Sequence record: PX667085.1
DNA: 64,000 bases
Source of the DNA: a phage
Reading direction: 5' to 3' (one strand)
Part shown: piece after piece, positions 47,546-55,502 of the stretch
How the letters are laid out: every line of letters starts with the position of its first letter
How positions within the stretch are numbered: the first letter of the stretch is position 1
Notes under the pieces: model-generated
Database searches by the model: none
Told to the model about the DNA's origin: nothing
What the model saw: the letters and a program-made list of their open reading frames with translations, nothing else
Program-made: the position numbers and the translations under genes

Positions 47546-47731
47546 TTAAAGATATTTTATGCTAATGACGTTTTCAGGTTTTACCTTGTTATGATGTGCA
47601 TCAACATAGATCAAACCATCGTCAGAAAAGCCCAGGATCACGCCCTGCGCGATAAAACCGTACTCGTCACGGTAACGCACGGCTATTTTTAATGTTGCGT
47701 TGTAGGCTGTTTTAAGCTCGTTTAAAGTCAT
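47546..47731 (-). CDS. hypothetical protein
   Basis: 61-aa ORF. Confidence 0.45.
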   Translation of the reverse strand: MTLNELKTAYNATLKIAVRYRDEYGFIAQGVILGFSDDGLIYVDAHHNKVKPENVISIKYL

Positions 47732-47758
47732 TTTTGTTTATCCTCTACATGTAAAAAG

Positions 47759-47781
47759 AAAGGGCGCTTGATGCGCCCTTG
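47759..47781 (-). terminator. intrinsic terminator (minus strand)
   Basis: AAGGGCGCATCAAGCGCCCTT hairpin followed by TTTCTTTTT on minus strand. Confidence 0.55.
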
Positions 47782-48012
47782 TTATGTTAATCCTCTAAAT
47801 CCATCCAATTATATTTGTCACTCTTCCCGCGCTTTGTTTTATTACGCTTGTCACCTTTGCGGATCACTTCCTCGTTCCAGGCCTTGCGGATCTTGGAAGA
47901 TTGAATTTTTTCTGCGCGATTAGATGTATTCATTTTGTTTCCTCTTTATATGAGCGGCACCATTGCCGCTATATTGTTAATTTAAACTGTTTTGTAAAAT
48001 TGTCAAGGTTTA

Positions 48013-48366
48013 TCATTCATAAGAGCAAGCAAGGATCACGCCTGCAATATAAAGCCAATAATTTTCCCTTTCTCGTTGGATTTTATCATCGCTGCTATTC
48101 TCTTTAATGTATCCCCAGGATGTTAACAAGCGATCAATTTCCCAATATTCGAAAGCTATATTAATATCTGATGGCAAACCTTGTAACCATGATGCAAGTG
48201 CTTTAACAATACTATAATTAAAACGTGATTGATTATCAGGGTACCAGTACTCGGAATTAAAACGGCGCATCAATTCCGCGATCTTCTCTTTTTCGGTTGT
48301 AATACCGTAATCATTAAAATCGATAGCGGCAAGGATGTACTCTTTAATTGCATTTTGTGCTTTCAT
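48013..48366 (-). CDS. hypothetical protein
   Basis: 117-aa ORF; hairpin 48385-48401 upstream. Confidence 0.5.
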   Translation of the reverse strand: MKAQNAIKEYILAAIDFNDYGITTEKEKIAELMRRFNSEYWYPDNQSRFNYSIVKALASWLQGLPSDINIAFEYWEIDRLLTSWGYIKENSSDDKIQRERENYWLYIAGVILACSYE

Positions 48367-48444
48367 GGTCTTTCTCTCTTTTTAGCGGGAACTATTCCCG
48401 CCCTACGTGTAACAGTTTACTGAAAATTAAATCCGTGTCAAGCT

Positions 48445-48666
48445 TTATTTTGTTACTACCATTTGGTACCCTGTTTCAATGTTAGTAAATACTGTTATCC
48501 CGTCCTGGCGTTCACTCATTAGCATACAAGGCGCTAACATCCTTTCTACTGCCTTGCACTCATTGTAAACGGCGGTTATGTCTCCTGCGGCCTTGTCTTC
48601 TGTGGTGAATGTATCGTTTATGTAAACTTGACTAGCGACAACGGCGACAATAGCGAAAGTGATCAT
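48445..48666 (-). CDS. hypothetical protein
   Basis: 73-aa ORF. Confidence 0.45.
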   Translation of the reverse strand: MITFAIVAVVASQVYINDTFTTEDKAAGDITAVYNECKAVERMLAPCMLMSERQDGITVFTNIETGYQMVVTK

Positions 48667-48739
48667 GATATTTTTCTCTTTATGTGTTTCTATTAGTTGA
48701 TATTACAGCAATTCGCAGATTATTTTTTAGCAATTCGTG

Positions 48740-48958
48740 CTATTTACTCATAACAGTATCGAAAACAAATTTTTCTTTGTTGTCAAAGCTCACGTATCCG
48801 ATTCTACCACGCAAGCCGCAAGTAGTGCCGTATTCGTAACCGTCAAGACCTTTAACCTTCCAATCCACGCCCATTAAAACCGCATTATATTTCTGACCAA
48901 CTACAAACGCGCCACCAGTTGATTCAATGCAAACAACTTTAATTTTACGGATTGCCAT
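48740..48958 (-). CDS. hypothetical protein
   Basis: 72-aa ORF. Confidence 0.45.
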   Translation of the reverse strand: MAIRKIKVVCIESTGGAFVVGQKYNAVLMGVDWKVKGLDGYEYGTTCGLRGRIGYVSFDNKEKFVFDTVMSK

Positions 48959-49296
48959 TTTCTTTCTCTCTTTCTGGTGATTGGTTTCTCTTCTCTATAG
49001 CGCCCATTGTAAGGCGCTATAACGAAAAGTCAACGATTATTTTTTAAGGCTTAAAGTACCTAACTTGTCAGCATGACGCAGACCAGGGAAGATCCATTTG
49101 CCTGACTCATCTTTCACCGGGGCTTTAAGCGTAGCGCCCAGGTTGGCGGCGTTAACTTTACGTGCAACGTTGCGAGCGGCTTCACGGGTAGCGAAAGTGA
49201 TCATGGTGTTTTCCTCTTCTCTTTGTTAGGCGGTGGACCATTCCGCCGCCTTGATGTAATACAGTTTACTTTATTTTATTAAGATTGCAAGCGGTT

Positions 49297-49512
49297 TTAT
49301 GAAATAATTGTCAAAGTAAAATCATAAGACTGATTTAATTTATATTGTACTTTATTGCCGTAGTAGTCACCTTTACGTAAAGATCCGCGAATACCTATCA
49401 CATCCTTTACATCTTTAAGATTTTTTACGCCTGTAATGTCTTTATTGAAATACTCGTCATCTGAAAATAAAACTTGACTTGCATTTTTTAACAGTGTACG
49501 GATATTAGCCAT
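49297..49512 (-). CDS. hypothetical protein
   Basis: 71-aa ORF preceded by PeSL-like cassette. Confidence 0.5.
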   Translation of the reverse strand: MANIRTLLKNASQVLFSDDEYFNKDITGVKNLKDVKDVIGIRGSLRKGDYYGNKVQYKLNQSYDFTLTIIS

Positions 49513-49537
49513 CGTGATAATCTCTCTTCTGTTGTGA

Positions 49538-49593
49538 GCGGCACTATTGCCGCCCTACGTAATACAGTTTACTCTTTTTCTTTCCGGTGTCAA
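49538..49593 (-). promoter_or_regulatory. PeSL-like cassette (TTGACA-16-TAAACT, hairpin GCGGCA-CTAT-TGCCGC)
   Basis: Hairpin 49538-49553, -35 at 49588-49593. Confidence 0.6.
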
Positions 49594-49602
49594 CAATCTT
49601 TT

Positions 49603-49830
49603 TCAGATTAATTCATCCAGGCATAACAGGCGATCAACGTTGAGATCGGTTAGGCTGATGGTTGGCACCTGGTAGGATTCGATGTACTCAACGCTTGTAT
49701 ATTCCCCAAAATTAGCAATAGCCCATTTATTCAAGATCTCACATACATCATTAATCTTTTTGTTTGTTACAACTGCAATGACCTGGGAACTGCCAACGGT
49801 GCCGGATACGCGAACAATATTGATAGCCAT
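49603..49830 (-). CDS. hypothetical protein
   Basis: 75-aa ORF; hairpin 49852-49872 upstream. Confidence 0.5.
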   Translation of the reverse strand: MAINIVRVSGTVGSSQVIAVVTNKKINDVCEILNKWAIANFGEYTSVEYIESYQVPTISLTDLNVDRLLCLDELI

Positions 49831-49920
49831 AATCTTTAATCTCTCTGTTTTGGCGGGAAACCACTTCCCGCCCTATGTGATACATCTTACACTAATTTTA
49901 AACGTTGTCAACTGTTTTTA

Positions 49921-50160
49921 TTACATTCCAACCATCGCGGCACGGATCGCAGTAGTGCTATATTTGAAACCGTCTGGCGTTTTATCTTGTCCAGTTTGTT
50001 CCAGAAAAAGCATCATATCCCGCGCCGCATCATTACGATTAGCATTAGCGTTAATAAAATCTTGGGCCAACCGGTATAACGATTCATCGTTATTAATCCA
50101 AAGGCTTACATTCCAATGAGTTTTGTTTTTGTGACCGTTGTACATTTTAGATTTAGCCAT
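49921..50160 (-). CDS. hypothetical protein
   Basis: 79-aa ORF; hairpin 50185-50201 upstream. Confidence 0.5.
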   Translation of the reverse strand: MAKSKMYNGHKNKTHWNVSLWINNDESLYRLAQDFINANANRNDAARDMMLFLEQTGQDKTPDGFKYSTTAIRAAMVGM

Positions 50161-50249
50161 GATTTTTCTCTCTTTTTCAGTGAGGCGGGAAGTGTTCCCG
50201 CTCTCTATGTAATACAGTTTACTCTTTTTATTCGTGCTGTCAATGCTTT

Positions 50250-50615
50250 TTATAAATCTTTTTTACGTTTTACATCGCTCGCATGACTGTATACAGTGAT
50301 CCCATTGTCACGGCAAAAACGGGAAAGATACGCGCCGCGTGAAAACTCTTTACCTTCCATATTAATAACCTTGCTAAATTCTTCCAGGGCGACGGTATCA
50401 AAATGATCACCATAGCCATATTGAAACGGAACGTTAACCACCTCGATCAGTTTACCGCCGATCTCAACGTCAACCATTAAAGAAAAATATGTGTTACCGT
50501 AGGACTGTTGAAACCAGCGACGGGCGCTAATGTGCACCGCTTCAATGCTGGATAATTCAATTTTAGCCGTGTTAGCCAGGGTAGCATAAGCGGAAACATT
50601 GATATTAATAGCCAT
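50250..50615 (-). CDS. hypothetical protein
   Basis: 121-aa ORF; hairpin 50643-50655 upstream. Confidence 0.5.
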   Translation of the reverse strand: MAININVSAYATLANTAKIELSSIEAVHISARRWFQQSYGNTYFSLMVDVEIGGKLIEVVNVPFQYGYGDHFDTVALEEFSKVINMEGKEFSRGAYLSRFCRDNGITVYSHASDVKRKKDL

Positions 50616-50912
50616 GATGATAATCTCTCTTTTTGGTTAGTGGGAAGTATTCCCGATAAAAGTTATTATGCTTATACTATCACTCATTGTCAATAGTATA
50701 AGACTAAAACTTTTAACGATAATCGTTATAGGCTTTATTGACCTGGCGAATGTAACATTCGAAAGCAAGATCAATGTATTCGTATTCACGCACATAATCA
50801 CCATAGGTCACTACATACATTTTTAAAGTTTCCTCATAAGCCAGGAGGATCGAATCTAAACCTATAATCTCAGTTTTTGCAATGATAGCCATGATGTTAA
50901 CCTTTTATTGTT

Positions 50913-50969
50913 GGCGGCACCATTGCCGCCCTACGTGATAAACTATACCAGAAGTTTAAACAGTGTCAA
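50913..50969 (-). promoter_or_regulatory. PeSL-like cassette (hairpin GGCGGCA-CCAT-TGCCGCC, -35 TTGACA)
   Basis: Hairpin 50913-50930, -35 at 50964-50969; precedes short ORF about 50700-50893. Confidence 0.55.
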
Positions 50970-50975
50970 CCGTTT

Positions 50976-51338
50976 TTATTCGTAAATTTTACCGCTTTCG
51001 GCCCATACCATAACGCGGCGCATACTATCCCAAGTGTTTTGATCCAGGTTTAATCCGTGCAATTCTTCGGTACTTCCCAGACCAGGTACCGCCTTGTTGT
51101 AAGTTGCATATAAGCGCCCTTGATACTCATACGCCAGGGTGAGATCCGTTTGAATCATCTTTTTAAGCATAGCATTAAGCATCATATTAGCGGCATGTTG
51201 ATCACGTTTTAGCGGTAACATATCAATAAGGGCGCGATAAGCTGAAACATGAATATCAACCGTTTCACGTGGTAAATTTTTCATCTCATCGCGGAAAGAT
51301 ACCAGATTAAACATGATAGTATTGATTTGCTTGCTCAT
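50976..51338 (-). CDS. hypothetical protein
   Basis: 120-aa ORF; hairpin 51360-51381 upstream. Confidence 0.5.
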   Translation of the reverse strand: MSKQINTIMFNLVSFRDEMKNLPRETVDIHVSAYRALIDMLPLKRDQHAANMMLNAMLKKMIQTDLTLAYEYQGRLYATYNKAVPGLGSTEELHGLNLDQNTWDSMRRVMVWAESGKIYE

Positions 51339-51607
51339 TGTGTTACCCTTTTTTGTTTTGGCGGGGAAGTATTCCGCCGCCCTATGTGATACATCTTATC
51401 AGATTAAAAAACGTTGTCAAGAATATTTTTTAGAAAATAATAGCCGCTACTACAACCCAAAATGGAACGGCGAAAATGAGAGCGTTAATCGTTCCAACCG
51501 TCAAGCTATTTTCTTTATTAATCATTGTAAGCCTCTTGCATAATTTCACTATGAGCGGCACCATTGCCGCCCTACGTGGTAAATATTATGCCAGTGGCGG
51601 CGATATG

Positions 51608-52174
51608 TCAAAGACTATTTTCAAAGTTTTCTAGTGCGATCCTTTTTTCTTCCTCTGTCGGCTGATAATCAGGAAAAGCATCAACACACAACAACGGCGG
51701 GATCTCTTCGTACTCTTCCTCTTCCGTTGTCTCCTCGTCTTCCTCCTGGGCTATGGCTGCAATTTTGGCTAATTTTCTTTCGGCTTGAATCAATTTACCA
51801 TCAAGTACGTTTTTTGCCATGTTGTAAGCGGTCCAGGTGATGCGCTTACTTTCCAGGGCCTGATCGAGCGCCGCTATCTTGCTGGGGTATTCATCCAGGA
51901 CACGAAAAGCCGGATCAATTTTGTACAAAGGATTATCTTTCGCGCCGTCGCTCGCATCTTCCGCACTGGATAAATCAGCGTTACCATTTGCCAGCCAGCC
52001 AGGGCGCACATAACGCGCTTTTACGTTGCCGTTACTACGTGCTAACCTGTTACCTATTTGCTCACCGCTATATCCCGTGGATTCATCGATAAGATGATCG
52101 GGAATGATGCGCGGATCATCTGCTTCATGTTTTACCCAAGACTGGATCACATATTCGCGGCCCATATTAACCAC
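51608..52174 (-). CDS. hypothetical protein with acidic C-terminal region
   Basis: 188-aa ORF. Confidence 0.55.
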   Translation of the reverse strand: MVNMGREYVIQSWVKHEADDPRIIPDHLIDESTGYSGEQIGNRLARSNGNVKARYVRPGWLANGNADLSSAEDASDGAKDNPLYKIDPAFRVLDEYPSKIAALDQALESKRITWTAYNMAKNVLDGKLIQAERKLAKIAAIAQEEDEETTEEEEYEEIPPLLCVDAFPDYQPTEEEKRIALENFENSL

Positions 52175-52424
52175 CTTTTTTCAACAATTGGCATACTTTG
52201 AAAAGACTTGCTGAATCCTTGCAAGGGTAGAAAGATGTACGATAATCACGTACGCCAACCTTGCGGATCTCGATGTTTTCGCATGTTGTTTGATCAAAGA
52301 TATTTATTTCATCACGCCCCCTTATATAAACATAGTGGGGATGTATTAACGCATATTTTGCTAATCTGTAAAAAGCGTTATCTTTGAACGCGATCACGTG
52401 ACCTTTTAATTTGATGTAAAACAT
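52167..52424 (-). CDS. hypothetical protein
   Basis: 85-aa ORF; hairpin 52443-52459 upstream. Confidence 0.5.
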   Translation of the reverse strand: MFYIKLKGHVIAFKDNAFYRLAKYALIHPHYVYIRGRDEINIFDQTTCENIEIRKVGVRDYRTSFYPCKDSASLFKVCQLLKKGG

Positions 52425-52500
52425 TCTACCACCTTACAAATAGCGGGAACTATTCCCGCTTTATGTAACATATTAACAAATTATTCGTTAATGTCAAGCT

Positions 52501-52773
52501 TTAAAGCAAAAACGCTACATCTTGCGCTTTTAGTGTAGTATCAACCATTTTTGGGCTTTTATAATCAACAAAGCGCGCGGTTTTTTCAATAGCAAAACCG
52601 AGATAATCTTGTTTATTGAATTTACATTCTTTCTTAAATGTTTCCCGCGCCACGGTGATCGCTGCGTCCAGGGATAAACGCCCGTCAATGTTGATATTTG
52701 CGAAAGATCCGCCACCGCTCATAGGTTTACCAGTGGTGCCAGCTACGATCATTGTTGCGCTATATGATGCCAT
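52501..52773 (-). CDS. hypothetical protein
   Basis: Table ORF trimmed to MASYSAT start below hairpin. Confidence 0.5.
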   Translation of the reverse strand: MASYSATMIVAGTTGKPMSGGGSFANINIDGRLSLDAAITVARETFKKECKFNKQDYLGFAIEKTARFVDYKSPKMVDTTLKAQDVAFLL

Positions 52774-52795
52774 GATGATAATCTCTCTGTTGTGA

Positions 52796-52856
52796 GCGGC
52801 TGGACCATTCCGCCGCCCTATGTGGTACATCTTATCAGGTTGTTGTTTGTTGTCAA
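52796..52856 (-). promoter_or_regulatory. PeSL-like cassette (hairpin GCGGCTGGA-CCA-TTCCGCCGC, -35 TTGACA)
   Basis: Hairpin 52796-52816, -35 at 52851-52856. Confidence 0.55.
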
Positions 52857-52862
52857 TACTTT

Positions 52863-53060
52863 TTATTCTATTCCTGCAATTTGATTAACGCGCTTGCATT
52901 TTGTAGCGTGCTGGTCTTCTGTAATGACTCCCATTTCTAACAGGGAATCAATGAAAGATAAAACCGTTTCATGATCATCCTGGGGATGACTGAACTCAGT
53001 AAAACCGTTTACTATTACGTTGATTTGTCCAGCTTTCGCCACAATATGCAATGTTGCCAT
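52863..53060 (-). CDS. hypothetical protein
   Basis: 65-aa ORF, last gene of the array. Confidence 0.5.
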   Translation of the reverse strand: MATLHIVAKAGQINVIVNGFTEFSHPQDDHETVLSFIDSLLEMGVITEDQHATKCKRVNQIAGIE

Positions 53061-53195
53061 GATCTTAACTCCAGGTGATAAATGATGTTTTTTGTTGGTG
53101 GACGGTGGATTATGGAGATCCTCACCTTTGCCCGTCCTGCATTGCGCCCTCCTGTTGTTTATTGTCGTTGTGCCGCGCCCCCCTCGACAAGATGA

Positions 53196-53224
53196 ATACT
53201 ACGCTACCAGGTGAGGAACGTCAA
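53196..53224 (-). promoter_or_regulatory. sigma70-type promoter TTGACG-17-TAGTAT (minus strand)
   Basis: Divergent from the plus-strand promoter at 53258. Confidence 0.45.
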
Positions 53225-53257
53225 CCACTTTTTCAATCTTTTTTATTTTCTTTTTGC

Positions 53258-53286
53258 TTGCTATATATAAAGGAAAGGGCTATCAT
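53258..53286 (+). promoter_or_regulatory. sigma70-type promoter TTGCTA-17-TATCAT
   Basis: Followed by GCGCC-AACCAG-GGCGC leader hairpin and RBS. Confidence 0.5.
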
Positions 53287-53333
53287 CTTTCTACCGCGCC
53301 AACCAGGGCGCACAACAAAGAAAGGGCGACACC

Positions 53334-53501
53334 ATGACAAATACTACATTACACCTTATGCACTCATTGGGCTGGCAAGGCGGCACGGTGCACCAGGTAG
53401 CAAGCGCAACGGGCTTAAAGGTTGAAACAGTTCTCAACCTGGGCGATCATAAGGTGGAAGAGATAGATCATTTTGATACGTTCGCAAATGGTTATCTATA
53501 G
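53334..53501 (+). CDS. small helix-turn-helix DNA-binding protein (55 aa, Cro/XRE-like)
   Basis: TVHQVASATGLKVETVLNL HTH-like segment; own promoter; below ORF-table cutoff. Confidence 0.5.
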   Translation: MTNTTLHLMHSLGWQGGTVHQVASATGLKVETVLNLGDHKVEEIDHFDTFANGYL

Positions 53502-53602
53502 GCTTGCAGTGGCGGCGGGGAAAGCAAGATACCACCAGGGGCGCGGGGCGATATGTATTTTTGGTTAGGTGTCCTATCCTGGCAAGAAAACAAAAAATAA
53601 TC

Positions 53603-53631
53603 TTGACAAGCCCAGGGATCGGGCTTATACT
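53603..53631 (+). promoter_or_regulatory. near-consensus sigma70 promoter TTGACA-17-TATACT with no downstream ORF
   Basis: Hexamers read directly; next 750 bp have no convincing plus-strand ORF. Confidence 0.55.
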
Positions 53632-53850
53632 GTTTTACATACAGAAGAGGAAGCGCCACCCCACGGCGTAAAGGCGGGGCTAACATACCAGGGGCACTGG
53701 TTGGAAGGTTGATCGCCGGTAGGCTGGGCGCTATATATTTGTAAAGAAATGTAAAGATAAAATAATCGCTTGCTTTCCTGGCTGGATCTGTTATTCTTAT
53801 TACATGGCGAGGGGACACGGGAGCGCGAGACAAACACCACCCCTGCGCGT

Positions 53851-53964
53851 CATTCTCTAAATGAGAATGATTATCATTTACCTTATTGAATAAGAATCAA
53901 TCTCATTTATAAACTTAAATGCGAATCATTCTCATTTGCATTTCCACATGAGAACTCTTCTCAT
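53851..53964. promoter_or_regulatory. cluster of operator-like palindromes (Fur-box-like)
   Basis: CATTCTC-TAAAT-GAGAATG, GAGAATGATTATCATT, AATGCGAATCATTCTCATTTGCATT, ATGAGAA-CTC-TTCTCAT. Confidence 0.45.
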
Positions 53965-53980
53965 CCCCACCTGCATAAAT

Positions 53981-54188
53981 TTTTGTAAACTTTAAATTTT
54001 GCTTTTGTACTTTCATTTTTGTAAAAGCAAAAAAACTTTAAATACTGTGGGCGCGCAAAATTTTTAAAATTTTCCTTGACTTTTGAGTTTTGTTTTGTAT
54101 CTAACATTTTAAGATAATTTTCCTAAACTTTAAATTTTGGTTTTCAACTTTCACTTTTGTAAATTCTTAAAAAGTTTAAATAATTTGA
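53981..54188. repeat. two ~65-bp AT-rich direct repeats
   Basis: AAACTTTAAATTTTGsTTTT..ACTTTCAyTTTTGTAAA occurs at about 53981 and 54122. Confidence 0.5.
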
Positions 54189-54405
54189 GGGATTTTTGAG
54201 ATAATAGGTAGTGGAAATTTGAGATAACCTTTAATCTTATTGGTAGACCTTCAGGAACTCACCTAAATCGAATCCTAGTGATGCAAACTGAAAAAGATAA
54301 GTGTTTGTATAAGACAAAATAACAGGCTCTCTACGGTGCTGTAGGAGCCTTATTTCTGTGCTACAAAGTGACACCTTTGTTCTAAAAATGAAAAAAGTTA
54401 AAATA

Positions 54406-54948
54406 TCACAAATATCGTCTTTGCGGTATTTTGTCTGGGAAAAGTATTTCGATCAGTTTGTTATGATATTTGCCTAAAAGATTCTGCCCTTTCCAGGTGG
54501 CAGGGTTTAGCACCCCTGGTTCATACATCCCCATTCCAATTCCGTAAACCTTATCGTAGGGGCTTGCTTCAACAAACGTTTTGTATTGGTAAAGGTGTAA
54601 GTCTGCATACAAATCTGGATTCTGTACATATTTCAAGCATAAACCTCGCATAACAATACGCTCACGGTTCTCTTCCCATACGTTGTTATCAAAATCCGAC
54701 ACTGCCCTACCCATACGTTTGTAATAAGCTTGGATCTTCTCATCTTTCCGTATCAAACTATGAGTCAGAATAGCCTGTGCAGTGTTGTGGTCATTAAAAA
54801 GCAAAGCTTTACGCCACATCATGTATTGTTCGACACAATTAAATGTTTGATTGTAACCTGGTTCGGTTTCTGTAAAGGGTGCAATATACCAATTACTAAA
54901 CACATCTTTATGTGAAAAGAAGAATACATAATCATCAGTTATTCGCAT
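54406..54948 (-). CDS. NADAR-family (YbiA-like, DUF1768) protein
   Basis: VFFFSHKDVFSNWY, EQYMMWRKALLF and YGIGMG motifs. Confidence 0.7.
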   Translation of the reverse strand: MRITDDYVFFFSHKDVFSNWYIAPFTETEPGYNQTFNCVEQYMMWRKALLFNDHNTAQAILTHSLIRKDEKIQAYYKRMGRAVSDFDNNVWEENRERIVMRGLCLKYVQNPDLYADLHLYQYKTFVEASPYDKVYGIGMGMYEPGVLNPATWKGQNLLGKYHNKLIEILFPDKIPQRRYL

Positions 54949-55159
54949 TTTTCATACTCTCCAAAATTTCACGTTGCCCTTGCTGATAGGCTTTCATCAG
55001 AACTACTTTAAGGTTTGTCTCCAAGAGGTCTTCATTGTAATTATACCGCTCCACAACATATGTCAATTCATCATAAAGATCAAGAACGGGGTAGAATACA
55101 GGGTTATCTGCTAAACGTGCCATAGTTTCTCCTTTGTTAATCCATCCACCAGTAGCCAT
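54935..55159 (-). CDS. hypothetical protein
   Basis: 74-aa ORF. Confidence 0.45.
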   Translation of the reverse strand: MATGGWINKGETMARLADNPVFYPVLDLYDELTYVVERYNYNEDLLETNLKVVLMKAYQQGQREILESMKNANN

Positions 55160-55502
55160 AAACTGCGTCTGCGTCGATGAGTTTGTGTTTGTTGTTCCGC
55201 ATGTAGTCTAAGATAAGTAGACGTTTATTGTATCTGGAGAGATTATGACCCTCTTTTCCGCCATAGTCAAAATATTTTGCAAGATCTTTGCACTCAAACA
55301 AAATTAGTTCAGGAGTTTCTTCACACTGGTCTGTCTGGTACACTTGACGAATGATCATGTATACATCGTCGTCTTCCGCTAAATGCTCTACTGGTCCACA
55401 TCCAGCAGGAACAAATTCATAGTCCCATCGAATCAGATGTTTCTCTACTGCTTCAAAGAAATCCATCCTTTCGTTGCGCATAATTTGAACGTCAACTAAC
55501 AT
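55137..55502 (-). CDS. hypothetical protein
   Basis: 121-aa ORF. Confidence 0.5.
   Translation of the reverse strand: MLVDVQIMRNERMDFFEAVEKHLIRWDYEFVPAGCGPVEHLAEDDDVYMIIRQVYQTDQCEETPELILFECKDLAKYFDYGGKEGHNLSRYNKRLLILDYMRNNKHKLIDADAVYGYWWMD

Noticed and set aside
52501-52830. N-terminal extensions of several table ORFs (52501-52830, 45769-46023, 45399-45602, 46025-46360) containing GRRNGP or GRGNGA
   Set aside because: The extensions are in-frame translations of the conserved promoter/hairpin DNA. Internal ATGs with Shine-Dalgarno sequences lie just downstream of the hairpin.
42100-53060. Regularly spaced GC-rich repeats that could be taken for a CRISPR array
   Set aside because: The repeats are imperfect hairpins tied to promoter hexamers and RBS-ATG contexts. 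The intervening segments are protein-coding genes of very different lengths (about 100-570 bp), not uniform spacers.
42100-53060. Hairpins as intrinsic terminators of the upstream gene
   Set aside because: On the transcribed (minus) strand the hairpins are followed by RBS and ATG, not by a U-tract, and they lie downstream of the -10 hexamer. Separate terminators with U-tracts exist at 42112-42154 and 47759-47781.
42100-53060. N4-like single-stranded hairpin promoters for a virion RNA polymerase
   Set aside because: Each unit has a canonical TTGACA and TAnnnT pair at sigma70 spacing, and the hairpin lies downstream of the -10 element rather than within the promoter.
53075-53840. Table ORFs 53075-53425 (+), 53492-53833 (-) and 53625-53840 (-)
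   Set aside because: They are low-complexity, Pro/Arg/Gly/Cys-rich translations of a GC-rich regulatory interval, with no RBS and with promoters running through them. A short HTH ORF in another frame (53334-53501) is more plausible.
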